DNA from: Eledone cirrhosa
Taxonomy: Eukaryota
Length of the DNA stretch: 64,000 bases
Reading direction: 5' to 3'
Assembly: GCA_964016885.1 (NCBI GenBank)
Contig: OZ024742.1
Location: 350,114,001 to 350,178,000 of the forward strand
In this document: positions 39,790 to 52,100 of the stretch, piece after piece
Position numbering within the stretch: the stretch's first letter is position 1
Layout: the number at the start of each line of letters is the position of its first letter
Program-made: the position numbers and the translations under genes
Notes under the pieces: generated by a model
Seen by the model: only the letters and a program-made list of their open reading frames with translations
The model's database searches: none
Told to the model about the DNA's origin: nothing

Positions 39790-41513
39790 TTAGTAAAGCC
39801 ATCTTGGATAGAATTATCCCACAGGTTAGTTCTAATTGCTCTTCTTTGAACCTAAATTTATGGTTTGGTACTTCTGAAGTGATTGGCTGGTTCAACAAAT
39901 TGGATAATAAAAACAAACTAAAATTTATTCAATTTGATATTGCCAGCTACTATTCCTCCATTTCGCCTTCACTTCTCAATAATGCTCTATCTTTCACACT
40001 TAAATATTCTGACATCACCACAGATGAACTTCACATCATCCTCACCGCACGTAAAACCATCCTAGAGTTCAACAAGGAATATTGGACCAGAGCCGATACC
40101 TCTAACAACTTCGACATCACAATGGGAGCATCCGATTCATCCTAATTGACTGATTTAATTGGTATCTTTATTTTGAACTCTTTGAGTCGGAAAATTCCTC
40201 AACTTCGCGGTGGAATTCATCGTGACGATGGACTCTTTACTATCTTAAATTCCAATATAGTTAACCTTAATATTATTAAGAACAATATACGTAATCTCTT
40301 TAACCAGCATAACCTAAAAATTGAATTTGATAATAGTATCAAACTAGCTAATTTCTTGGATGTATCTCTTAATCTTGACACTGGCCTATATTACCCCTAC
40401 CATAAAAACAATGAGAACCTCAATTATGTTAACTTTAAATCTAACCATCCTACCAATATCAAGAATGCTATAGTTAGTAATATTGGAAAAAGAATATCTA
40501 ACATATCTTCTAATAAAAACATCTTTGATGCTAACGCAAATTACTATAATAACGCACTTTCTAAAGCCGGCTATCCAGATAAAATCAAATATAGTAAAGA
40601 AACAAATTCTAGAAAAACTTACAGTAGAAAAATTAATCATGATCATTCCAATAATTTTAATAAAAGACCTAGATACAAAAACATAATCTGGTATAATGCT
40701 CCTTTCTCCATCTCTATTAATAACAATATTCCTAAATTATTTGTTAGTGCCTTAAATAAATGCTTCCCTCCCTCACATATCTATAGTAAAATATTTAACA
40801 AACATACCATCAAATTTTCTTATTCTACATCCTCCAATATTTCCAACATCATCTCTAAACACAACAATAAAATACTAAATACTAAATCTCTTCCTTCCAA
40901 CATTGAATTTCATAATAACAGTAATATTACTCCCGACGTCATTGTAAACCCTAGGCTAACTTCTGTAAACCCAAATACAACGTCAAACACAACTTCGCTA
41001 AATGTTCATAATCCAACTCTAAATCAAGAAACTATTATTCCTATTATTCCTATCGCAAACAACTTCTCCAATCCAATTCCTTCTATAGATAACACTAGGT
41101 CACTCATTAATAATCTCTCTAATTGCAACTGCCGCATTAAAAATAAATGTCCTCTCAACAACCATTGTCTTGATAAAAACTTAATTTATGAATGTAAAGT
41201 TATAACTAGCACCAATTCCTTCACCTATTTTGGCTCCACTTCCACCTCTTTTAAAGCTCGTCTCTATAATCACCATTCATCTTTCAAATACAAACTTAAA
41301 AGAACCAACACGGCTCTCTCAGAACTCATATGGTCCTTGAAAGACAAAAACATTAAATATACCATCTTTTGGAAGAAGGTTTCTTCTGCATCCTCATACT
41401 TGAACAGCTCTCTATCTAAAATCTGTAATCTCTGCCTAAATGAAAAATTTACCATTATCTCTAATCTAGATTCTATAATAACGTACAGATTTGTTTTCTA
41501 TCTGCCTGCATAA
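39790..41513 (+). pseudogene. 5'-truncated PLE RT + GIY-YIG ORF with one in-frame stop at 40143-40145
   Basis: HRDDGL, CNC-x5-CP-x4-C linker, LIY..YFGST..FKARLYNH, CNLCLNE. Confidence 0.92.
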
Positions 41514-42386
41514 ATTCCATAGGACTTTTCACAAAGTATACGGTTAATATTCAATTCTTTATCAATTTAGAATCTTTTCTCAAAGGCAAATATACATACA
41601 CCTCTTTAAAATATACCCATCTTCCTACCTTACTTTAAAGGGCATTATACACTCTATAATACTTGTTTACTCATTACCCTCTTTCTATCTTCACCTTGTA
41701 AAATCCTTCATAACATATACATTTGTTTTTTTGACGTTAGAATATTCATCCGCAATTATTATTATTTTTTCTCTCTATCATAAAACTTTTTAATCTCAAT
41801 TTCATCCTTAATTTATTATTTTTTTCTCCCATCAACGAACTCATTCTTAATACATATTAACTCGTTCTTCGCACATATTATCAATTCCTTCAATATACAA
41901 ACTTTAACTTCACATTATTTTTCTCAAATCCTTCTACACACAAACCTTAATAATTTTTTCTCTTCGTTAATTTTGAAATTGCCACAATACTTATCAACAT
42001 ACACCTTTTTCACGTTAGAATATTCATCCACAATTATTATTTTTTTCTCTCTATCTTCATACATAAACTCCCTCTCTTTCCTCGCAAATATTTTTCCCTT
42101 CGCGAATTTTCAAATTCTTTTAATTTATACATTATCTTCCAACGGTTTTCAACCTCTCTATGTAAAACAATATATTTTCTCTCAGTTATAAAAACTATCT
42201 CTTTCTCTCTATCACCCATCTCTCCCTCTCATCTCCTCCCCTTTTTCATCCTTTCCACCCCCCACCCCCTCTCTAAATAAAATATTTTTCCCAATATCAC
42301 ACATCAATCTAAAACCACTTTTCATATGTTGATTTAAAACTGCACTATCCACAAGTGTTTTTTAGCCTTCATATCATGTCCTCCTG

Positions 42387-42456
42387 TTTTATCTGATGAA
42401 AACACAAATATTATTATTGCATGATGATGTTTGTTTTTGAAATGCGCATAATAAAA
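42387..42456 (+). ncRNA. Type I hammerhead in PLE 3' pseudo-LTR
   Basis: ttttat CTGATGA aaacacaaata...tgtttgttttt GAA atgcgcat A ataaaa, with palindromic stem III. Confidence 0.8.
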
Positions 42457-42597
42457 TACATGGAACTCCTTTAACCATCTTTTGATCTTATATTATGTAT
42501 ACTCCAGTCCTACAAACTGTAGATTGCTTCATATCCGATATCTGCATTGCTTTATTGTACTACAATAAAACTCACCTCCTACATATATATATATATA

Positions 42598-42791
42598 TAG
42601 GAAAAGAGTCAAGATCCCGACGGCAGAGCTCAAGCCGTCTCGACGGCTATTTCAGTCCAGAAATAGCCGTCGAAACGGCTTGAGCTCTGCCGTCGGCTCT
42701 TGACTCTTTTCCTATTACACACTCTACTACCCAAAGTATCGAGTACTCTGGTGCCTTATAGTCCATCTGGTTCCTCACCACACTTCCTTCG

Positions 42792-42793
<2 letters not shown>
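42598..42793 (+). mobile_element. Family A fold-back micro-insertion in (TA)n
   Basis: Arms around about 42655, tail ending cacttccttcgtta. Confidence 0.85.
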
Positions 42794-42843
<50 letters not shown>

Positions 42844-43100
42844 GCACATATACACTCGCACACTCTCGCACAAATACACGTTGTGTTCTGTGTGTGGAAG
42901 GAAGAGGAAAGGCAATGAGGGAGGAAAGAAAAGATTTTCTCATATCATTTCTATATTAGTATATCATTAGGAGTTATTTTATGTTGTATACACCCAGAGG
43001 GGTTCTTTCTATTATCTACAATTTCCTTTCAATATTCCTATTTTTTCAGTGTTGTTTCCTGCATTTATATCTATTTTGAAGGTGAAATCAAAGTTAAATT

Positions 43101-43448
43101 CCGTATATACTGGAATATAGGCTGAAAGATATTTGACCAAAACATCGGTGGCAGAAGGGGGTTGTCTTATATTTCTTTCTTTTCTTTTTGTTCTTGTTCG
43201 ATGAGATTAGTGTCACCCATAGATCAGTGATCCTAGAGGGTCTCATCGTGCCCTGGAGACGCCGCACGTCGCTCGCCGCCAGGACGGCAACCCTATCATC
43301 CGACCTTCATCCTGTATTGAAATTTATATTCAGGGTCAATATTTTGGCGATTTTCACCAACTACAAATTCTACGTCAATAACATTTGGATTTGTGCCAAA
43401 TTTCTCAGACATAGAAAAGTGGGGCGGCTTATATTCAAGTATATATGG
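43101..43448. mobile_element. Tc1/mariner-pogo-type MITE
   Basis: Imperfect TIRs ccgtatatactggaatataggctg / cggcttatattcaagtatatatgg, with TA on the right flank. Confidence 0.65.
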
Positions 43449-43842
43449 TATAGTAGCTTATAGGATAAGATGAAATGAAAAAGATGAATGAATAAAGATA
43501 AGGATTTTCTATTAGTCAACCGTGATAGAACTGTCAGCCAAATTCAAACATCTCTTCACGGCCATCTGTCCATGGCCAAGCTAGCGTTTATTTTACTGTA
43601 GTGTAGATATATTGTAATATCTGGATAAGAAACCATTAAGACTGAGGGCTAGATGATGGACGGAAGATATAAGGATATCAAAACGACTCAGATAAAGAAT
43701 CTCTCGTCTAATATAAAACAGAATATAAATACAATAAATGTCATCTGAGTTTTTAGAATATTAATAATAACATTCGATTCGTTTGCAATTATGCAAACAA
43801 GCCTCATCTTTAAAGCCATGTCAATAGAATGAAGGGTTCATT

Positions 43843-45765
43843 CTACTGACATTGTTTGAACATTGAATAGGATCTTCCGATTTCTCTGGGTGAGAGATTT
43901 ATATCAGGCTTTATTCCATATCTCTCCTCCAGATCAGTCGCTATTCTAATGATATTTCTTTTTTCATGCTCATAAACCTGGGCAAGATGGTTGCCAACCT
44001 TTTTCCTCTGTTGAAGGTGTTGCTTCAGTGTTACTATCCGGGTCTCATATGTTGTTAATATTGATTTTAGACCCCGGCCACCTTCCTTGCGTGAGAAGTA
44101 TAGCCTATCCACATCACCATTGATGTTAAAGTTCCCAGTAACACTGAGAAGTTTTCGAGTTCTAACATCCATCTCACTTAGTTCTTGCAATGACCAGTTC
44201 AGTAGGCCAAATGTTGGCGTTAGAATTGGCACAGCATAAGTATTGTGGGCAATGTATTTGGTGTATGCTGACAGTTCTGATGACCTTATTTTCTTTACTC
44301 TTCTGAGGTATTCAGTTCTGGTTCTCTCCTTATTTATGGGTCCATCATATCTGACATTCTCATCCTGTCCAAGATATCTGTAGTTGTCACCTGACTGTAG
44401 AGGTATTGTCAGGCCGTTCATCTCTAGATTTCTAGAGGAGGGCACAGCTCTTCCACGTTTTACTGCCAAATATGCACACTTGGACTCACCAAATTTCATT
44501 TTGATGTCGGTTGAAAATTGTGTAATGGGGTCCAATTGTTTCTTGATGTCATTGATATTTGGCCCATACAACTTCAGGTCATCAACAAAGAAAAGATGGG
44601 AGATACTTCTGGGCCCACTTCTTTGTCCACCTTGTTTTCTGAGTAGTTAAGATAGTGGATTCAGTGAGAGAACGAAGAGTAGCACTGACAAGCTATCACC
44701 CTGAAAGATGCCCTTCTGGTAATGTATCTTATCAGTCTTAACCTGCCCCTTCTCACCTCTAAGGATCAAATTGGTGTACCAGTTCTTGGTCAGGCGTTCA
44801 ACAGCAGCTACCAATGGTTGTGGGACTTTAGCTAACTGTAAAGCCTTAATAATCCACACATGTGGTACACTATCGAATGATTTTTGATAGTCCAGCCACA
44901 CGACAGTCATGTTTCTGCGATTCTTTGTTGTTTTTTCCTGAATCATTTTGTTAGTTAGTAGGTGATCTATGCAACCCCACACCTCCCTCTTTCCACCAGC
45001 TTGCTCAGGTGTTATGATGTTGTTGGTAGCACAGTGATCCTGTAAGAACAGGTTAAGGCACCCAGTATATAATTTATACATGATGTTTTGGCAGGCAATT
45101 GGGCGGTAATTTTTAGCAAGGGTGGTTTGGCTATTTTGGGGAATGAGGAGAGTAGTGGCAGTTGATAACCATCTGGGCAGTTCTTGTGTGCCCTTAATGG
45201 TTTCTGTAAACAGCCGTATGAGATCTTGCCGATAGAAAGTGAAATTCTTCAACCAGTATCCTGTAATGAGGTCTGGGCCTGGCGATTTCCTATTCGACAT
45301 TTTCTGTAGAGCTGTTTCCAGTATTGATCCATCTATGTCATATTGCTTTGTCTGGACATGCTGGCAGTAGTCCTGTTCCAGTTCTTTTAGCCAATTAGCT
45401 TGTCTGTTGAATCCGTCATCCGTTTCCCATACAGATCTCCAGTAGCTCTCAACCTGTTCTTTTGAAGGGGTGTCGTTTACAGGGATTGAGCTTTTGCCAC
45501 CTAAGCTGCGATAAACTGATTTAGGATCTCTGGCAAACAATCTATTTAGCACTTGTCGTTTATGTGCTGTTGACTTATATTTCAGTCTTTCTGGTGTAGC
45601 TGTGAGTTTCAACTGGTGTAATTTGGAGTTCAAAGTTTTAAATTTTGTATCTCGAAATCGTCTCTCTAACTTTTTCTTTAGGTCTTCCTGGTGTCGTGTG
45701 AAGTTGCTCTCTATGTTGCATTTCATAACGACTGCGATGTGTGAGATACTTCGTCTCAGGGACAA
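43843..45765 (-). pseudogene. Non-LTR retrotransposon RT fragment, R4/Dong-like, truncated at both ends
   Basis: KSPGPDLITGYWLK, NYRPIAC, WLDYQKSFDSVPH, GIFQGDSLS, HLFFVDDLKLY, YRYLG, RLYFSRKEGGRGL. One in-frame stop at 44647. 5' end abuts (TATG)n. Confidence 0.85.
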
Positions 45766-45766
45766 A

Positions 45767-45797
<31 letters not shown>

Positions 45798-46136
45798 TGT
45801 ATGTATGTATGTATGTTGCATGTATGTATGTATATATGTATACATTCATATATAAAACAAACAAATTACACACAAAGATATAAAAACAATGAGTGCTATT
45901 AGGTTCAGGCTTTGAATGAAAGAGAGAAAAAGGTTCAATGTATCGGACTTCAGCTCTTCATTAGGAGAGTATATGTGAGTGTGTGTGTATGTGTATGTGT
46001 GAGTGTGTGAGTGTGTGTGTGAATGTGTGAGTGTATGTGTGTGTGTGTATGTGTGTGAGTATGTGTGTGTGTGTGTCTGTCAGTGTAAGTGTGAGTGTGA
46101 GTGTGTGTTAGTTACAATATTATTTGTGTATATTAC

Positions 46137-49100
46137 TGTATATATAGGTGGGAAGGTGTATATATAGTTTGTGGTGGTGTATATATAGTTTGTGGTGGTG
46201 TGTATATAGATAGGAAGATGTATATATAGTTTGTGGTGTATATGTAGGTGGGAAGGTGTATATATAGTTTGTGGTGGTGTATATAGATGGGAAGGTGTAT
46301 ATATAGTTTGTGGTGGTGTATATATAGATGGGAAGGTGTATATATAGTCTGTGGTGGTGTATATAGATGGGAAGGTGTATATATAGTTTGTGGTGTATAT
46401 ATAGATGGGAAGGTGTATATATAGTTTGTGGTGGTGTATATATAGATAGAAAGGTGTATATAGAGTTTGTGGTGGTGTATATATAGGTGGGAAGGTGTAT
46501 ATATAGTTTATGGTGGTGTATATATAGATAGGAAGGTGTATATAACTTTGTGGTGGTGTATATATAGGTGGGAAGGTGTATATATAGTTTGTGGTAGTGT
46601 ATATAGATGGGAAGGTGTATATATAGTTTGTGGTGTATATATAGATGGGAAGGTGTATATATAGTTTGTGGTGGTGTATATATAGATGGGAAGGTGTATA
46701 TATAGTTTGTGGTGTATATATAGGTGGGAAGGTGTATATATATAGTTTGTGGTGGTGTATATATAGATGGGAAGGTGTATATATAGTTTGTGGTGTATAT
46801 ATAGATGGGAACGTGTATATATAGTTTGTGGTGTATATATAGATGGGAAGGTGTATATATAGTTTGTGGTGTATATATAGGTGGGAAGGTGTATATATAG
46901 TTTGTGGTGGTGTATATATAGATAGGAAGGTGTATATAACTTTGTGGTGGTGTATATATAGGTAGGAAGGTGTATATATAGTTTGTGGTAGTGTATATAG
47001 ATGGGAAGGTGTATATATAGTTTGTGGTGATGTATATATAGGTGGGAAGGTGTATATATAGTTTGTGGTGGTGTATATATAGATAGGAAGGTGTATATAA
47101 CTTTGTGGTGGTGTATATATAGGTGGGAAGGTGTATATATAGTTTGTGGTAGTGTATATAGATGGGAAGGTGTATATATAGATTGTGGTGGTGTATATAT
47201 AGGTGTATATATAGTTTGTGGTGTATATAGAGATGGGAAGGTGTATATATAGTTGGTGGTGGTGTATATATAGGTGGGAAGGTGTATATATAGTTTGTGG
47301 TGTATATATAGTTTGTGGTGTATATATAGATGGGAAGGTGTATATATAGTTTGTGGTGTATATATAGATGGGAAGGTGTATATATAGTTTGTGGAGTATA
47401 TATAGATTTGAAGGTCTATATATAGTTTGTGGTGTATATATAGATGGGAAGGTGAATATATAGTTTGTGGTGTATATATAGATGGGAAGGTGTATATATA
47501 GTTTGTGGTGTATATATAGATGGGAAGGTGTATATATAGTTTGTGGTGTATATATAGATGGGAAGGTGTATATATAGTTTGTGGTGTATATATAGATGGG
47601 AAGGTGTATATATAGTTTGTGGTGTATATATAGATGGGAAGGTGTGTATATAGTTTGTGGTGTATATAGGTGGGAAGGTGTATATATAGTTTGTGGTGGT
47701 GTATATATAGTTTGTGGTGGTGTATATATAGGTGGGAAAGTGTATATATAGTTTGTGGTGGTGTATATATAGATGGGAAGGTGTATATATTGTTTGTGGT
47801 GGTGTATATATAGATGGGATGGTGTATATATAGTTTGTGGTGGTGTATATATAAGTGGGAAGGTGTATATATTGTTTGTGGTGGTGTATATATAGATAGG
47901 ATGGTGTATATATAGTTTGTGGTGGTGTATATATAAGTGGGAAGGTGTATATATAGATTGTGGTGGTGTATATATAGATGGGAAGATGTATATATAGTTT
48001 GTGGTGGTGTATATATAGATGGGAATGTGTATATATAGTTTGTAGTGGTGTATATATAGGTGGGAAGGTGTATATATAGTTCGTGGTGGTGTATATGTAG
48101 ATGGGAAGGTGTATATATAGTTGTGGTGTATATATAGGTCGGAAGGTGTATATATAGTTTGTGGTGGTGTATATGTAGATGGGAAGGTGTATATATAATT
48201 TGTGGTGGTGTATATATAGGTGGGAAGGTGTATATATAGTTTGTGGTGGTGTATATATAGATGGGAAGGTGTATATATTGTTTGTGGTGGTGTATATATA
48301 GATGGGATGGTGTATATATAGTTTGTGGTGGTGTATATATAAGTGGGAAGGTGTATATATAGATTGTGGTGGTGTATATATAGATGGGAAGATGTATATA
48401 TAGTTTGTGGTGGTGTATATATAGATGGGAATGTGTATATATAGTTTGTAGTGGTGTATATATAGGTGGGAAGGTGTATATATAGTTCGTGGTGGTGTAT
48501 ATGTAGATGGGAAGGTGTATATATAGTTGTGGTGTATATATAGGTCGGAAGGTGTATATATAGTTTGTGGTGGTGTATATCTAGATGGGATGGTGTATAT
48601 ATAGTTTGTGGTGTATATATAGATTGGAAGGTGTATATATATTTTGTGGTGGTGTATATATAGATGGGATGGTGTATATACAGTTTGTGGTGGTGTATAT
48701 ATAGTTTGTGGTGCATATATAGATAGGAATGTGTATATATAGTTTGTGGTGGTGTATATAGATGGGAAGGTGTATATATAGTTTGTGGTGTATATATAAA
48801 TGGGAAGGTGTATATATAGTTTGTGGTGGTGTATATATAGATAGGAAGGTTTATATATAGGTGGGAAGGTGTATATATAGTTTGTGGTGGTGTATATATA
48901 GATAGGAAGGTGAATATATAGTTTGTGGTGTATATATAGATGGGAAGGTGTATATATAGTTTGTGGTGGTGTATATATATATGGGATGGTGTATATATAG
49001 TTTGTGGTGGTGTATATATAGGTGGGAAGGTGTATATATAGTTTGTGGTGGTGTATATATAGTTGGGATGGTGTATATATAGTTTATGGTGGTGTATATA

Positions 49101-52100
49101 TAGATGGGAAGGTGTATATATAGTTTGTGGTGTATATATAGATGGGAAGGTGTATATATAGTTTGTGGTGGTGTATATATAGATGGGAAGGTGTATATAT
49201 AGTTTGTGGTGGTGTATATATAGGTGGGAAGGTGTATATATAGTTTGTGGTGGTGTATATATAGATGGGATGGTGTATATATAGTTTATGGAGGTGTATA
49301 TATAGATGGGATGGTGTATATATAGTTTGTGGTGGTGTATATATAGTTTGTGGTGTATACATAGATAGGAAGTTGTATATATAGTTTGTGGTGGTGTATA
49401 TATAGATGGGCTTGTGTATATATAGTTTGTGGTGGTGTATATATAGGTGGGAAGGTGTATATATAGTTTGTGGTGGTGTATATATAGTTGGGATGGTGTA
49501 TATATAGTTTATGGTGGTGTATATATAGATGGGAAGGTGTATATATAGTTTGTGGTGTATATATAGATGGGAAGGTGTATATATAGTTTGTGGTGGTGTA
49601 TATATAGATGGGCTTGTGTATATATAGTTTGTGGTGGTGTATATATAGGTGGGAAGGTGTATATATAGTTTGTGGTGGTGTATATATAGATGGGATGGTG
49701 TATATATAGTTTGTGGTGGTGTATATATAGATGGGATGGTGTATATATAGTTTATGGAGGTGTATATATAGATGGGATGGTGTATATATAGTTTATGGAG
49801 GTGTATATATAGATGGGAAGGTGTATATATAGGTTGTGGTGGTGTATATATAGATAGGAAGGTGTATATATAGTTTGTGGTGGTGTATATATAGGTGGGA
49901 AGGTATATATATAGTTTGTGGTGGTGTATATATAGATGGGATGGTGTATATATAGTTTGTGGTGGTGTATATATAGTTTGTGGTGTATATATAGATAGAA
50001 AGGTGTATATATAGTTTGTGGTGGTGTATATAGATGGGAAGGTGTATATATAGTTTGTGGTGTATATATAGTTTGTGGTGTATATATAGATGGGAAGGTG
50101 TATATATAGTTTGTGGTGGTGTATATATAGATGGGATGGTGTATATATAGTTTGTGGCGGTGTATATATAGGTGGGAAGATGTATATATAGTTTGTGGTG
50201 GTGTATATATAGATAGGAAGGTGTATATATAGTTTGTGGTGTATATATAGATGGGAGGTGTATATATAGTTTGTGGTGTATATATAGATGGGAAGGTGTA
50301 TATATAGTTTGTGGTGGTGTATATATATAGATGGGATGGTGTATATATAGTTTTTGGTGGTGTATATATAGTTTGTGGTGTATATATAGGTAGAAAGGTG
50401 TATATATAGTTTGTGGTGGTGTATATAGATGGGAAGGTGTATATATAGTTTCTGGTGTATATATAGATGGCAAGGTGTATATATAGTTTGTGGTGGTGTA
50501 TATATAGATGGGATGGTGTATATATAGTTTGTGGTGGTGTATATAGATGGGAAGGTGTATATATAGTTTGTGGTGTATATATAGATGGGAAGGTGTATAT
50601 ATAGTTTGTGGTGGTGTATATATAGATGGGATGGTGTATATATAGTTTGTGGTGGTGTATATATAGATAGGAAGGTGTATATATAGTTTGTGGTGTATAT
50701 ATAGTTTGTGGTGGTGTATATAGATGGGAAGGTGTATATATAGTTTGTGGTGTATATATAGATGGGAAGGTGTATATATAGTTTGTGGTGTTGTATATAT
50801 AGATGGGATGGTGTATATATAGTTTGTGGTGGTGTATATATAGATAGGAAGGTGTATATATATTTTCTGGTGTATATATAGATGGGAAGGTGTATATATA
50901 GTTTGTGGTGGTGTATATATAGATGGGATGGTGTATATATATTTTGTGGTGGTTTATATATAGATAGGAAGGTGTATATATAGTTTGTGGTGTATATATA
51001 GATAGGAAGGTGTATATATAGTTTGTGGTGTATATATAGATGGGAAGGTGTATATATAGTTTGTGGTGTATATATAGATGGGAAGGTGTATATATAGTTT
51101 GTGGTGGTGTATATATAGATGGGCTTGTGTATATATAGTTTGTGGTGGTGTATATATAGGTGGGAAGGTGTATATATAGTTTGTGGTGGTGTATATATAG
51201 ATGGGATGGTGTATATATAGTTTATGGTGGTGTATATATAGATAGGAAGTTGTATATATAGTTTGTGGTGTATATATAAATGGGAAGGTGTATATATAGG
51301 TTGTGGTGGTGTATATATAGATAGGAAGGTGTATATATAGTTTGTGGTGGTGTATATATAGGTGGGAAGGTATATATATAGTTTGTGGTGGTGTATATAT
51401 AGATGAGATGGTGTATATATAGTTTGTGGTGGTGTATATATAGTTTGTGGTGTATATATAGATAGAAAGGTGTATATATAGTTTGTGGTGTTGTATATAG
51501 ATGGGAACGTGTATATATAGTTTGTGGTGTATATGTAGATGGGAAGGTGTATATATAGTTTGTGGTGGTGTATATATAGATGGGATGGTGTATATATAGT
51601 TTGTGGCGGTGTATATATAGGTGGGAAGGTGTATATATAGTTTGTGGTGGTGTATATATAGATAGAAAGGTGTATATATAGTTTGTGGTGTATATATAGA
51701 TGGGAGGTGTATATATAGTTTGTGGTGGTGTATATATAGATAGGAAGGTGTATATTTATTTTGTGGTGTATATATAGATGGGAGGTGTATATATAGTTTG
51801 TGGTGTATATATAGATGGGAAGGTGTATATATAGTTTGTGGTGGTGTATATATAGATGGGATGGTGTATATATAGTTTGTGGTGGTGTATATACAGTTTG
51901 TAGTGTATATATAGGTAGAAAGGTGTATATATAGTTTGTGGTGGTGTATATAGATGGGAAGGTGTATATATGGTTTGTGGTGTATAGATATAGATGGCAA
52001 GGTGTATATATAGTTTGTGGTGGTGTATATATAGATGGGATGGTGTACATATAGTTTGTGGTGTATATATAGTTTGTGGTGGTGTATATAGATGGGAAGG

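Larger units (their letters stand above)
36131..42584. mobile_element. Penelope-like element, 6.4-kb head-to-head fold-back insertion in (TA)n
   Basis: Minus arm 39789 to 36131 (whole ORF + 3' UTR). Plus arm 39790 to 42584 (5'-truncated ORF + 3' UTR + tail). Arms nearly identical, each with an HHR. Confidence 0.95.
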
